A stretch of DNA of 64,000 bases from an uncultured delta proteobacterium (GCA_963835605.1 CAWIHO010000062.1:5177-69176); one strand, 5' to 3'; shown: positions 40,804 through 49,483, counted from the first letter of the stretch. Program-made: numbers and translations. Notes: a model not told the origin generated them from the sequence alone.

Positions 40804-41256
40804 ATGATTATAGAAGGCAGTTTTACGGTGAAAGCACCGATTCAGAAGCTCTGGGATATGCTGTTGCAGCCGGAGACGCTGGCAGCGTGCCTGCCCGGAG
40901 CTGAGAAGATTGAGAAGATTGATGAGACCACCTATGACGCTGTCATGAAGCAGAAGGTGGGTCCCATAAAGGTGAAGCTCGCATTCCGGAACAAGCTGAC
41001 AAACATCCAGCCGCCCACGCATCTGGAGCTCGAGGGCGAGGGCGAGGACGTCACGAAGCTGGGTCACATCAGGCAGAAGACGATCGTGGACCTGAAGGAT
41101 GTGGGCAACGGCCAGGTTGAGGTCTCCTACAAGTCTGACGTTTCCATGGTCGGCAAACTGGCCATGTTCGGCGATCGGATCATGAAGAGCAAGGCAAAGG
41201 ATGTGGAAAAAGAGTTTACCGCTAACCTGCAGGAGAAAATGAAGGGCGTCGTCTGA
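40804..41256 (+). CDS. CoxG-like SRPBCC protein
   Basis: 150 aa. Contains FTVKAPIQKLWDMLLQPETLAACLPG and VGKLAMFGDRIM. Confidence 0.8.
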   Translation: MIIEGSFTVKAPIQKLWDMLLQPETLAACLPGAEKIEKIDETTYDAVMKQKVGPIKVKLAFRNKLTNIQPPTHLELEGEGEDVTKLGHIRQKTIVDLKDVGNGQVEVSYKSDVSMVGKLAMFGDRIMKSKAKDVEKEFTANLQEKMKGVV

Positions 41257-41333
41257 TCCCGCCTCGACCTTGTCGCCGTTGACGGAGGCCAGGAAATGGG
41301 CCAGATGCGGCCCAATATACAAACCATAAACGG

Positions 41334-41864
41334 TTAACCGCGAGCCTGCACCGTTACTTCAACCGGTGCAGGCTTTTTCTTGGCCGTTTGCTCTTTGCTG
41401 CCGATCACAACCTGTCTGGCATGAATCGATAGGGATCTGAGAAGACGCTTCCCTTCTGCTGACGCTCCCACTAGTGGTGCCCACTCTCCTAAAGGATACC
41501 CGCTGGTAATTATAGTGGACGACCTGTTGATGCGCTCTGTCACGAGTTGAGCGAGAACCTTCGTTTGCGAAGGGACAAATTTCTTCATCCCGAAATCTTC
41601 TATAATGAGCAGCTTGGGTTTAGCGAGTTCCACAAGCTTCACCGCCGACAGCCCTCCTTCCGCACCTGCTGCCAATTCCTCGTGCAGCATTCCGGCATTT
41701 ATAGTCATGACGCTTGTACCTTCTGCCTCGGCCTTCATCCCTAACGCACGAGCCAGTGCGTTCATGTCTGAATTGATACCCCCGGAGATAATCAGCGTTT
41801 CACGCCTATTCAAGAAACCGAGGCTCAAAACGTCTCGTATGTTGCTTGTCTTCATGTTTGCCAC
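41334..41864 (-). CDS. IstB/DnaC-like AAA+ protein with a degenerate Walker A and a truncated N-terminus
   Basis: 176 aa. LLIIEDFG (Walker B-like), SSTIITSGYPLGEW and RLLRSLSIHARQVVIG follow the IstB pattern. The P-loop position reads ISGGINSDMN. Confidence 0.55.
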   Translation of the reverse strand: MANMKTSNIRDVLSLGFLNRRETLIISGGINSDMNALARALGMKAEAEGTSVMTINAGMLHEELAAGAEGGLSAVKLVELAKPKLLIIEDFGMKKFVPSQTKVLAQLVTERINRSSTIITSGYPLGEWAPLVGASAEGKRLLRSLSIHARQVVIGSKEQTAKKKPAPVEVTVQARG

Positions 41865-42104
41865 CCGATCTCTCCCTTGGGAGTTGTCTCTGTGACCGCA
41901 TCTCGCGGGCTCGCCCAGGCCTCTATAGCCCGACTATATAACTATAGTCTTTGCCTTCAAAGAGAATCAATCGGTCATCGAGCTATTTTTGTTAGGAACA
42001 ACGGGTTAAACCGTGAGTCCATGCACCAAAAACAGGAAAGCGTGGAACAGGTCAAGGCAAGGACTAGACCGAAGGTTTGGAGCGGAGGGCGTTCGTTCTT
42101 GCTA

Positions 42105-42734
42105 TTAGGGCGCCGGGGTCACGGGGGCTGCCCTTTGGCTGGGTGCAAACTGGTGGTTGTTGAGTGCAAGAGATATGAGTTTGCGCCGGCCCGTTACGTT
42201 TAGCTTCTTGAAAATCCTATTGAGATGAGCCTTTATCGTATGCTTACTGAGAGCAAGGGCGTCCGCAATCTCATTGTTGCTGTAACCCTGACAGACATAG
42301 TCTATGATCTCTTTCTCGCGGAGTGTAATGCTCCCGATCCTTCCTGTCTTGGTTAACGTCCCCGAGTCGTGCAGAAAGGCCACGACCGTACTATTGTCGA
42401 CCCATATTTGACCCTGGCTCACGACGGTGAGGGCTTTCTTGAAGAGCTCCAGTTCGGTGCGGGGAGATAATACTCCGTGTATCTTGTAGGAAAGCAGTGC
42501 CGCTATGATGCGTTCTTTTTCCAGACCCGTATCGATGAGGAAAACCTTTGCGTCAGGATATAGGGAAAGGAACTGTTGGTCCAGGGTCTGAATGTCTACC
42601 ATGACCGTGTCCGGACTGAACGTATTGGATCGAGGGTTGTTACCAGCTACCACACTCTCATAGCCATTCCTGACCAGAAGCTGAGACATCGCCTCCGCTA
42701 TCAGGTGGTTCCCCAAGTGAATGAGAATCTTCAT
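42105..42734 (-). CDS. LuxR/NarL-family regulator with an atypical receiver domain
   Basis: 209 aa. C-terminal HTH LTLREKEIIDYVCQGYSNNEIADALALSKHTIKAHLNRIFKKL. The N-terminus reads KILIHLGNH where canonical receivers have ILIVDDH. Confidence 0.75.
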   Translation of the reverse strand: MKILIHLGNHLIAEAMSQLLVRNGYESVVAGNNPRSNTFSPDTVMVDIQTLDQQFLSLYPDAKVFLIDTGLEKERIIAALLSYKIHGVLSPRTELELFKKALTVVSQGQIWVDNSTVVAFLHDSGTLTKTGRIGSITLREKEIIDYVCQGYSNNEIADALALSKHTIKAHLNRIFKKLNVTGRRKLISLALNNHQFAPSQRAAPVTPAP

Positions 42735-42883
42735 AGCCCCTCCCTATGGTCCATCTTTCTTAAGCTTATCGGCCTAAAGGTCTACAAACTTAAGTTTTAA
42801 AACAGAAGGGCCAAAATCCAGGATGACAGGTGCGAGAGTTGAGCACGGCAGGGTCAGGGATTATGGGGCGAGGGGCCTGGGGG

Positions 42884-42924
42884 CCAAAGAAAAAAGGGCC
42901 GCGCAGTCTCTTCACTGCGCGGCC
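42884..42924 (-). terminator. Rho-independent terminator after the Nfn-like gene
   Basis: On the minus strand: GGCCGCGCAG-TGAAGAGA-CTGCGCGGCC followed by CTTTTTTCTTT. Confidence 0.75.
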
Positions 42925-43008
42925 TAATTCAGACCTGTTGAGGTTGCGAGGTTGAGTTAGGGTCAGGCTTAGCTACCCCTACCCCCTACACCCTACACCC
43001 TGTCCTTT

Positions 43009-45303
43009 TCACCACTTCCCTGTCTTCAGGTATTCGTCCATGGCAGCAGCCGCCTTTTTCCCAGCACCCATGGCGAGGATCACTGTCGCAGCGCCCGTCA
43101 CGATGTCGCCACCGGCAAACACACCCTTCCTGGTGGTCTTACCCGTCTCCGGATCAGCCTCTATGTAACCGGGTTTTCTCAGTTTGAGCCCGGGGGCGTC
43201 CTGCGTCAGTATCGGGTTAGGACCCTGCCCGATAGCAACGACCACGACGTCAACGTCGATGATATGCTCGGACCCCTTCACTTCGACGGGTCTTCTCCTG
43301 CCCGAGGCGTCCGGCTCGCCAAGCTCCATCTTCTGGCACTCAATACCTTTGACCCAGTTCTTGTCGTCACCGACGATTCTCACCGGGTTTGTGAGTATCC
43401 TGAAATCGATGCCTTCCTCTTCCGCATGGTGGGCCTCCTCCGCCCGAGCCGGCATTTCAGCCCGGGACCGCCGATATATGAGGTAAACATGTTCGGCCCC
43501 CAGTCGCCGTGCGACCCTTGCCGAGTCCATGGCTACGTTTCCGCCGCCGATTACCGCGACCCGGTTTCCCACCCGCACAGGCGTGTCATACTCAGGGAAG
43601 AGATACGCCTTCATCAGGTTGGCCCGCGTCAGGAACTCGTTGGCCGAATAAACACCGTTCAGGTTCTCACCGGGGATGTTGAGAAAATAGGGCAGGCCCG
43701 CTCCCGTGCCGATGTAAACAGCATCGAATCCCTTCTCAAAGAGCTGGTCAAGCGACATGGTCTGGCCGATGATCGTATCCACCTTCATCTTTGCTCCCAG
43801 CTTGGTCACATAATCTACCTCACGCTGTACAATGGCCTTCGGCAGACGGAATTCAGGAATACCGTAGATAAGCACACCGCCGGCCTTATGAAGCGCTTCG
43901 AACACCGTGACATCGTGTCCCTTCTTTGCGAGCTCACCTGCCACGGTCAATCCGCCCGGACCTGCTCCGACAACAGCCACCTTCTTCCCCGTAGGGGGCG
44001 CTATTTCGGGCACCCGCACGTCGCCGAGGCTCAATTCATAGTCGGCTGCAAACCGTTCCAGCCGGCCTACAGCGACAGGCTGTCCCTTCTTTCCCAGCAC
44101 ACATTTGCTTTCGCACTGCGATTCCTGCGGGCAGACCCTACCGCAGACAGCCGGCAGACTATTCGTCTCTTTAATCTCGCGAATGGCGCCGATAAAATCG
44201 CCCTCCTTGATCTTCTTGATGAAGGCCGGGATGACGACGCCCACCGGACAACCTTCGACACAGGGCATATTTTTGCACCCCAGACATCTGGAGGCTTCTC
44301 TCAGCGCATTCTCCCGCGCATAGCCAAGGGCCACTTCATTAAAATTCTGGATCCTCAATCTGGGATCCTGTTCCGGCATCTTCTCCCGGACTTTTGACTT
44401 CTTCAGCTTTGCAGCGGCAGCCTCCAGCTTGCATTTATGATCCCAGGCTGCCCGCCGCTCCTCCCGCGTATACATCTGCTGCCTGAGCATAAGCTCTTTG
44501 AAGTCCACCTGGTGGCCATCAAACTCGGGCCCGTCCACGCAGACAAACTTGGTTTCGCCGCCGATCGTTGCCCTGCAGCAGCCGCACATGCCCGTACCAT
44601 CAACCATGATCGTATTGAGGCTTACCACGGTCTTTATGCTGTGCGGCCGCGTCACGTCCGTGACTGCTCGCATCATAATGACCGGGCCGATACCTATGAC
44701 CAGGTTTATAGGCGTCTTTTCCTGGATGAGACGCTTCAATTCGTCAGTGACAAACCCGTGGTGACCATACGTGCCGTCATCCGTTGTAACGAGCAGTGTA
44801 TCGCTGATCGCCTTCATCTCCTCTTCCAGTATCAGCATCTCCTTCGAGCGGGCCCCGATGATGGAAATGACACGGTTTCCTATCTCGTGCAGGGCCTTCG
44901 CTATAGGATAGACGGGCGCCACGCCGACCCCGCCGCCCACACAGACAACCGTGCCGAATTTTTCGATGTGGCTCGGCCTGCCCAGCGGCCCCACGACGTC
45001 CATGATCCGCTCACCTTGCTCCAGCTTCGCCATTCTCTGCGTTGAGGAACCTACCGCCTGAAAGATGGTCGTTATCAGGCCCATCTTCCGGTCGAAATCA
45101 GCAACGGTCAGCGGGATACGCTCAGCACGATCATCCGCCCGCAAGACCACAAATTGCCCGGGCTTCACCCGCGCCGCAATATCCGGCGCATAAAGCTTGA
45201 ATAGCGTTATTGAGGGCGCCAGTTCGCGTTTCTCAACTATCTCGTTGAGCTTGAACCCCTTTTCCTCTTCCGTTGGTTGCTTAACTTTACTCGCTGTTGC
45301 CAT
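43009..45303 (-). CDS. Fused NfnA/SudB-like plus NfnB/GltD-like NAD(P)H:ferredoxin oxidoreductase
   Basis: 764 aa.
- **Residues 1-~285:** PyrK-type FAD/NAD module ending in DGTGMCGCCR.
- **Remainder:** GltD-like, with two Fe-S motifs (CLGCKNMPCVEGCP, CGRVCPQESQCESKC) and VAVVGAGPGGL. Confidence 0.82.
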   Translation of the reverse strand: MATASKVKQPTEEEKGFKLNEIVEKRELAPSITLFKLYAPDIAARVKPGQFVVLRADDRAERIPLTVADFDRKMGLITTIFQAVGSSTQRMAKLEQGERIMDVVGPLGRPSHIEKFGTVVCVGGGVGVAPVYPIAKALHEIGNRVISIIGARSKEMLILEEEMKAISDTLLVTTDDGTYGHHGFVTDELKRLIQEKTPINLVIGIGPVIMMRAVTDVTRPHSIKTVVSLNTIMVDGTGMCGCCRATIGGETKFVCVDGPEFDGHQVDFKELMLRQQMYTREERRAAWDHKCKLEAAAAKLKKSKVREKMPEQDPRLRIQNFNEVALGYARENALREASRCLGCKNMPCVEGCPVGVVIPAFIKKIKEGDFIGAIREIKETNSLPAVCGRVCPQESQCESKCVLGKKGQPVAVGRLERFAADYELSLGDVRVPEIAPPTGKKVAVVGAGPGGLTVAGELAKKGHDVTVFEALHKAGGVLIYGIPEFRLPKAIVQREVDYVTKLGAKMKVDTIIGQTMSLDQLFEKGFDAVYIGTGAGLPYFLNIPGENLNGVYSANEFLTRANLMKAYLFPEYDTPVRVGNRVAVIGGGNVAMDSARVARRLGAEHVYLIYRRSRAEMPARAEEAHHAEEEGIDFRILTNPVRIVGDDKNWVKGIECQKMELGEPDASGRRRPVEVKGSEHIIDVDVVVVAIGQGPNPILTQDAPGLKLRKPGYIEADPETGKTTRKGVFAGGDIVTGAATVILAMGAGKKAAAAMDEYLKTGKW

Positions 45304-45352
45304 ACCCTCTCCTTTTCCGAATTGATGCGGTCCAATGCTTTCTAAAAGGGAC

Positions 45353-46846
45353 TCACCTATGTGGCTCTTTAATAGGAAGCTTAACCGTAAAGGTAGTTCC
45401 TTTACCTACCTTGCTCTCTACGTCAATACGGCCAAAATGGGACTCCACAATCTTCTTCACGATGGACAGCCCGAGGCCGGTGCCCGTAGTATATCTCGTT
45501 TCGGGCCCCGACACTCTGTAAAACTCTTCGAATATATGGGGCAGGTGCTCCTCGGCTATGCCAATGCCTGTATCCGTCACTCTAACATTCAGAGCGTGGT
45601 TCCCTCTTTTCGCGCTGACTATCACCTTGCCCCGCTTCACGTTGTACTTGATGGCATTCGATACGAGATTGGTAAATAGCTGCTCCATCTCGCTCCGATC
45701 GGCCTCGACCAGTGGAAGGGATTCGGGCAGGTCAATCTGGAACTGGATACCCTTTGGGTCACCTTGGGCCTTCAAGAGCTCGACCGTATTCGTGATAATG
45801 CCTGAAAGATCGAGTAACTCCTTCTTCCTCACCACCCTCTTCGCTTCCAATCGACTGAACTCCAGAAGATCATTAACCAACTCAAGGAGCGCGTGGGCTC
45901 GCTGTTTTGCCCGGTCCAGCATCTGGCGGCTAACCTGCGGGTCAGTCCCTGCAAGACCCTGCAGATATGCTGTCAAGTACCCCTCGATTGCCCCCAGAGG
46001 TGCGCGCAGCTCATGAGTGACCATGGTAACAAACTGCGTCTTTACCTGATTGATCTCCGTGAGCTCCGTAATATCGCGCAGCACGCTCACGACACCAAGC
46101 CCTTGCCCGTTATTGTCTCTGACTACGGAGAGGTTGACCATGAGCGTGCGCGACTCCGGCTCACGCAACTCTATCTCTTCGGAATGCACGGTATACTGGG
46201 ACGCATCGGGCGCAAACGCCTTATCAATAAGCGCGATAAGGTCCTTTTGCGGAATCAATTCATGTATATCTTTGCCCGCCTCCAACTTCTCGTGCAGGTT
46301 GAGCATCTTGACGGCAGCGGGGTTCCAGAGCACGATCTGACGTTCGTTGTTGATCACCAGGATGCCATCCGCCATCGAATCAACAATCGCGCGCAGTTTC
46401 GATTCTTCCTTTGCAACCTCAAGCAGCTTCTGGTCTCTTTCCTCCATGAGCCGCTGCGCCTGGATGCGTAACCGCCGTTTCTCCAAACCACGATTAACAA
46501 CAGCCAGCAGCTGATCGGGCGTAAACGGCTTGGGAACGTAGTCGTAGGCGCCATGTTTCATCGCCTCAACAGCGGTTTCTATGGTGGCAAACCCGGTGAT
46601 GACGATCATGATAATTTCCGGGTCGAACCGGCTCACTTCGTCCATCAGCTCCAGTCCGCTCATGACGGGCATCATAAGGTCCACAAGCAGCAGGTCATAA
46701 GGTTTCCCGCCGCGGGCCAGGTCCCACCCTTCCTTGCCATTTGTCGCTACATCCACAGAGAATCCTTCGGCCGTCAAGATTCTCCGACAGCCTTCACGGA
46801 TGCCCCGCTCATCGTCTACGACAAGGATATTTACAATATCACTCAT
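45353..46846 (-). CDS. Hybrid receiver-PAS-histidine kinase
   Basis: 497 aa. REC (ILVVDDERG...DLLLVDLMMP), a PAS-like middle region, HisKA THELRAPL, and HATPase DTGIGI...GTGLGLSI. Confidence 0.88.
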   Translation of the reverse strand: MSDIVNILVVDDERGIREGCRRILTAEGFSVDVATNGKEGWDLARGGKPYDLLLVDLMMPVMSGLELMDEVSRFDPEIIMIVITGFATIETAVEAMKHGAYDYVPKPFTPDQLLAVVNRGLEKRRLRIQAQRLMEERDQKLLEVAKEESKLRAIVDSMADGILVINNERQIVLWNPAAVKMLNLHEKLEAGKDIHELIPQKDLIALIDKAFAPDASQYTVHSEEIELREPESRTLMVNLSVVRDNNGQGLGVVSVLRDITELTEINQVKTQFVTMVTHELRAPLGAIEGYLTAYLQGLAGTDPQVSRQMLDRAKQRAHALLELVNDLLEFSRLEAKRVVRKKELLDLSGIITNTVELLKAQGDPKGIQFQIDLPESLPLVEADRSEMEQLFTNLVSNAIKYNVKRGKVIVSAKRGNHALNVRVTDTGIGIAEEHLPHIFEEFYRVSGPETRYTTGTGLGLSIVKKIVESHFGRIDVESKVGKGTTFTVKLPIKEPHR

Positions 46847-46871
46847 AAAAAGCTCAGGCGGATCCGCAGAT

Positions 46872-47282
46872 CTATTCCGCCTCTTTCTTCGCCCTTTCCA
46901 GGAGGCTATTGACCTTCTTTACCAGCTCATCAGGCAGCAAGGGCTTACTAGCGTAGTCATCGGTCTTCATCCAGTAACCGTCCAGCTCCTGCGAAAAATC
47001 ATACCCCGTTTCCGTGGAAACCGCCGTGAGCATCAGAATCGGTACATTTTTGTATAACGGGTCTGCTTTAACGGCTTTTGCAAACGTAAAGCCTGTATCA
47101 TGTTTCTCCATCATCAGATCGAGCACAATCAAGTCCGGCTTTTCGAACCTCACCTTCTCCATGGCCTCCCGACCCGAAAAAGCTTCAGCCACCTCGAAGC
47201 CCTGATTCTGAAGCACAGCCTTATTCAGATCTATAAAATCTACATCGTCGTCCACCAGCAAAATCTTCGTCTTCTCACCCAT
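46872..47282 (-). CDS. Single-domain response regulator (CheY-like)
   Basis: 136 aa. Contains ILLVDDD, LIVLDLMM and ASKP. Confidence 0.88.
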   Translation of the reverse strand: MGEKTKILLVDDDVDFIDLNKAVLQNQGFEVAEAFSGREAMEKVRFEKPDLIVLDLMMEKHDTGFTFAKAVKADPLYKNVPILMLTAVSTETGYDFSQELDGYWMKTDDYASKPLLPDELVKKVNSLLERAKKEAE

Positions 47283-48396
47283 GGTCTCCTCTCCCTGAAG
47301 CTATGTTTTGAACGCCTATCCTGTCTATCCTTACATCTTCTCCTCTCTGTTCCTCGTCCGTTGAAATGGGCAGGGAGACAACGAAGGTACTTCCTTTTCC
47401 GAGCTCCGTATCAACATCGATCTTTCCATTATGTCTCTCTATAATGCCGTAAGAGATCGCCAGCCCAAGCCCGGTCCCTTTCTCTTTAGTCGTAAAAAAC
47501 GGGGAAAAGATATTTTTGACCACTTCCGGAGGAATGCCGGGACCCGTGTCCCGTATCTTCACCTTGATCTGTTTCCGCTCTGTGGTTGTTGTGATTGAGA
47601 GCTTTCCGTTGCCCTCCATCGCCTGCGCTGCATTAAGAATGATGTTGAGAAAGACCTGTTTCAATTGTGTCTCGTCGGCCACGATCGTCGGCAAGCCCTG
47701 GAAGAGAGATTTTTTGATCTTGATATTATGAAACAATGACTGGTTTACTACGAGTCCCAGCACATCCTCGATCAGATCATTCACGTTGACCGGTCCCGGC
47801 CTCAGTTTCGTTTCCCTCGCGAAACTGAGAAGACCCTGCACAATCTCCTTGGCGCGGTTCGATTCGTTCACTATCAATTCGACGTCCTCACGCCGCGGAT
47901 CATCCTTATCCATGCCCTTCAAAAGAAGATGCGCGTAAATGGTTATGGTGCCCAACGGGTTGTTTATTTCATGGGCGACACCAGCGGCCAATTGCCCTAA
48001 CGAGGCCAGCTTCTCCGTCCTTATGAGCTGAGTTTGTGCCTGCTCCAGCTCCTGGTGCGAGAGCTGCAGTTCCCGGTGGGACTTTTCAAGCTGCTGATAA
48101 ATCCTCTTGCTCTGCTCCAGGAGGTACGGCATGCACATGTCTGCTTCCGCTATCCCCTGGGCCACGGCTATGGCCTTGTCACGGCACGTCGGGTACCCGC
48201 AGGCCCGACAATCGAGATTGTGATTGGGAGGCAGCTTATCTATTTTCTTGAGGATGGCCCGTATCTGCTCCTCCGTTGGAGTTGGGAGCTGTTCCTCCAT
48301 GCTGATAAAGGTACGATGAAGATCAATATCTCTGAATGTATCGAGCTCAGCCATGATCTTCGGAATGTTCTGCTTGCCCAGATCATATTTCGGCAT
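47275..48396 (-). CDS. Histidine kinase with an N-terminal Cx2Cx4Cx16C Fe-S module
   Basis: 373 aa. CRACGYPTCRDKAIAVAQGIAEADMC (C63, C66, C71, C88), a coiled coil, AHEINNPLG, and DTGPGI...GTGLGLAI. Confidence 0.85.
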   Translation of the reverse strand: MPKYDLGKQNIPKIMAELDTFRDIDLHRTFISMEEQLPTPTEEQIRAILKKIDKLPPNHNLDCRACGYPTCRDKAIAVAQGIAEADMCMPYLLEQSKRIYQQLEKSHRELQLSHQELEQAQTQLIRTEKLASLGQLAAGVAHEINNPLGTITIYAHLLLKGMDKDDPRREDVELIVNESNRAKEIVQGLLSFARETKLRPGPVNVNDLIEDVLGLVVNQSLFHNIKIKKSLFQGLPTIVADETQLKQVFLNIILNAAQAMEGNGKLSITTTTERKQIKVKIRDTGPGIPPEVVKNIFSPFFTTKEKGTGLGLAISYGIIERHNGKIDVDTELGKGSTFVVSLPISTDEEQRGEDVRIDRIGVQNIASGRGDHG

Positions 48397-49483
48397 ACCG
48401 AGCGATTATCTGCCTGCGTCCGATCAGGAATAAGTCGCGCTCTACAAATGGGCCGTCGATGCAGCCCTCGCAATAAACGAGATCCAGGAACTTGGCATTG
48501 ATGTACCCGGTGGCGACCTGACCCAACGCGCCAATAGCCCGTTTTGGTCCGCCTGTGACGCTGACATCATCCATCATAACATCGAAGTTTGTGCCCATGG
48601 AGCGGTAAAGGCCCCCGACGACCGGCACCACCGTTCCCAGGTAAGGCCTGGGGCCATCGAAATCGGTCTCTTCCAGCCTCCGCCAGCCGCGTCCAACTTC
48701 ATCAACCAGGTCTTTTACTTCTTTTATCGTTATTACCTCATCGATTGCGCCGGCTACTTCAGGGGCAACTGCTTCCTTCATCTGGGCAAAGCAGGAGGTG
48801 ATATAGACCACCTTCCACCCGGGCCTTATGTAACGCGCCACCCTTCCAACCGCAACCATCGGAGAGACGATCGGCGCCAGGCTCGGTATAAGCTGCGTAA
48901 AATACTTCTGCACATAAAAGACAATCACCGGGCAGAAGGATGATATGAGTGGCTTGTAGGCCTCCCCGTACTCAGCGTGTTCCCGCGCCAGCCCATCCAG
49001 CGTGAGCCGCTTATGGTACGCGCGGCTCACGAGGTCCGCACCGAATGCGCCCTCCCAGACTTCCGTGAAACCGATCTGCTTCAGCGCCGTTACCGTCTGC
49101 CTTGGCGAAGCCGCCTCGAAGACTGCCGGGAAAGCCGGATCGAGCACCGCCACGATTCTCTCCTTGTTGGCCAGAAGCTCCTTCACCTTCTCGTACCCAC
49201 TGCGATAGGAGAGTGCCTGTTGCGGACAAGCTTTAAGACAACTCCCGCAGAGAACACACCGCTCAGGAAGAATCCTCAGCGTATCTTTTTCCAGCTTGAT
49301 GGCCTTCGCGGGGCAGATCTGAATACAGAAAAAACAATGGCGACACTTCCGATGGCTGATCTCAATCTCAGCAGGCGCTCTGCTTCCTGCGTGACATCCA
49401 GTGGGATTTCTCAGTGGATAGATGTTCCATGTACGTCCAATCTGCCTACCGTCTATCTTACTGTAACCGAACTTTGAAGTCAA
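48383..49483 (-). CDS. [FeFe]-hydrogenase H-domain-like protein with an N-terminal 2x[4Fe-4S] ferredoxin domain (sensory HydS-type)
   Basis: 366 aa. CRHCFFCIQICP and CVLCGSCLKACP, then divergent H-cluster motif positions SSFCPVIV, TSCFAQMKEA and VYCEGCIDGP. TTG start, uncertain. Confidence 0.7.
   Translation of the reverse strand: MTSKFGYSKIDGRQIGRTWNIYPLRNPTGCHAGSRAPAEIEISHRKCRHCFFCIQICPAKAIKLEKDTLRILPERCVLCGSCLKACPQQALSYRSGYEKVKELLANKERIVAVLDPAFPAVFEAASPRQTVTALKQIGFTEVWEGAFGADLVSRAYHKRLTLDGLAREHAEYGEAYKPLISSFCPVIVFYVQKYFTQLIPSLAPIVSPMVAVGRVARYIRPGWKVVYITSCFAQMKEAVAPEVAGAIDEVITIKEVKDLVDEVGRGWRRLEETDFDGPRPYLGTVVPVVGGLYRSMGTNFDVMMDDVSVTGGPKRAIGALGQVATGYINAKFLDLVYCEGCIDGPFVERDLFLIGRRQIIARYAEI

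Noticed and set aside
41334-42104. Possible IS21-family insertion sequence around the IstB-like gene.
   Set aside because: No IstA transposase ORF and no terminal inverted repeats are visible, and the IstB-like protein is truncated with a dead P-loop. At most it is a relic.
42975-43003. Short CCCTACA/CCCTAC microsatellite just 3' of the Nfn-like stop codon.
   Set aside because: It has only 3-4 units and no spacers or array structure. It is too small to be a CRISPR array or a functional tandem repeat.
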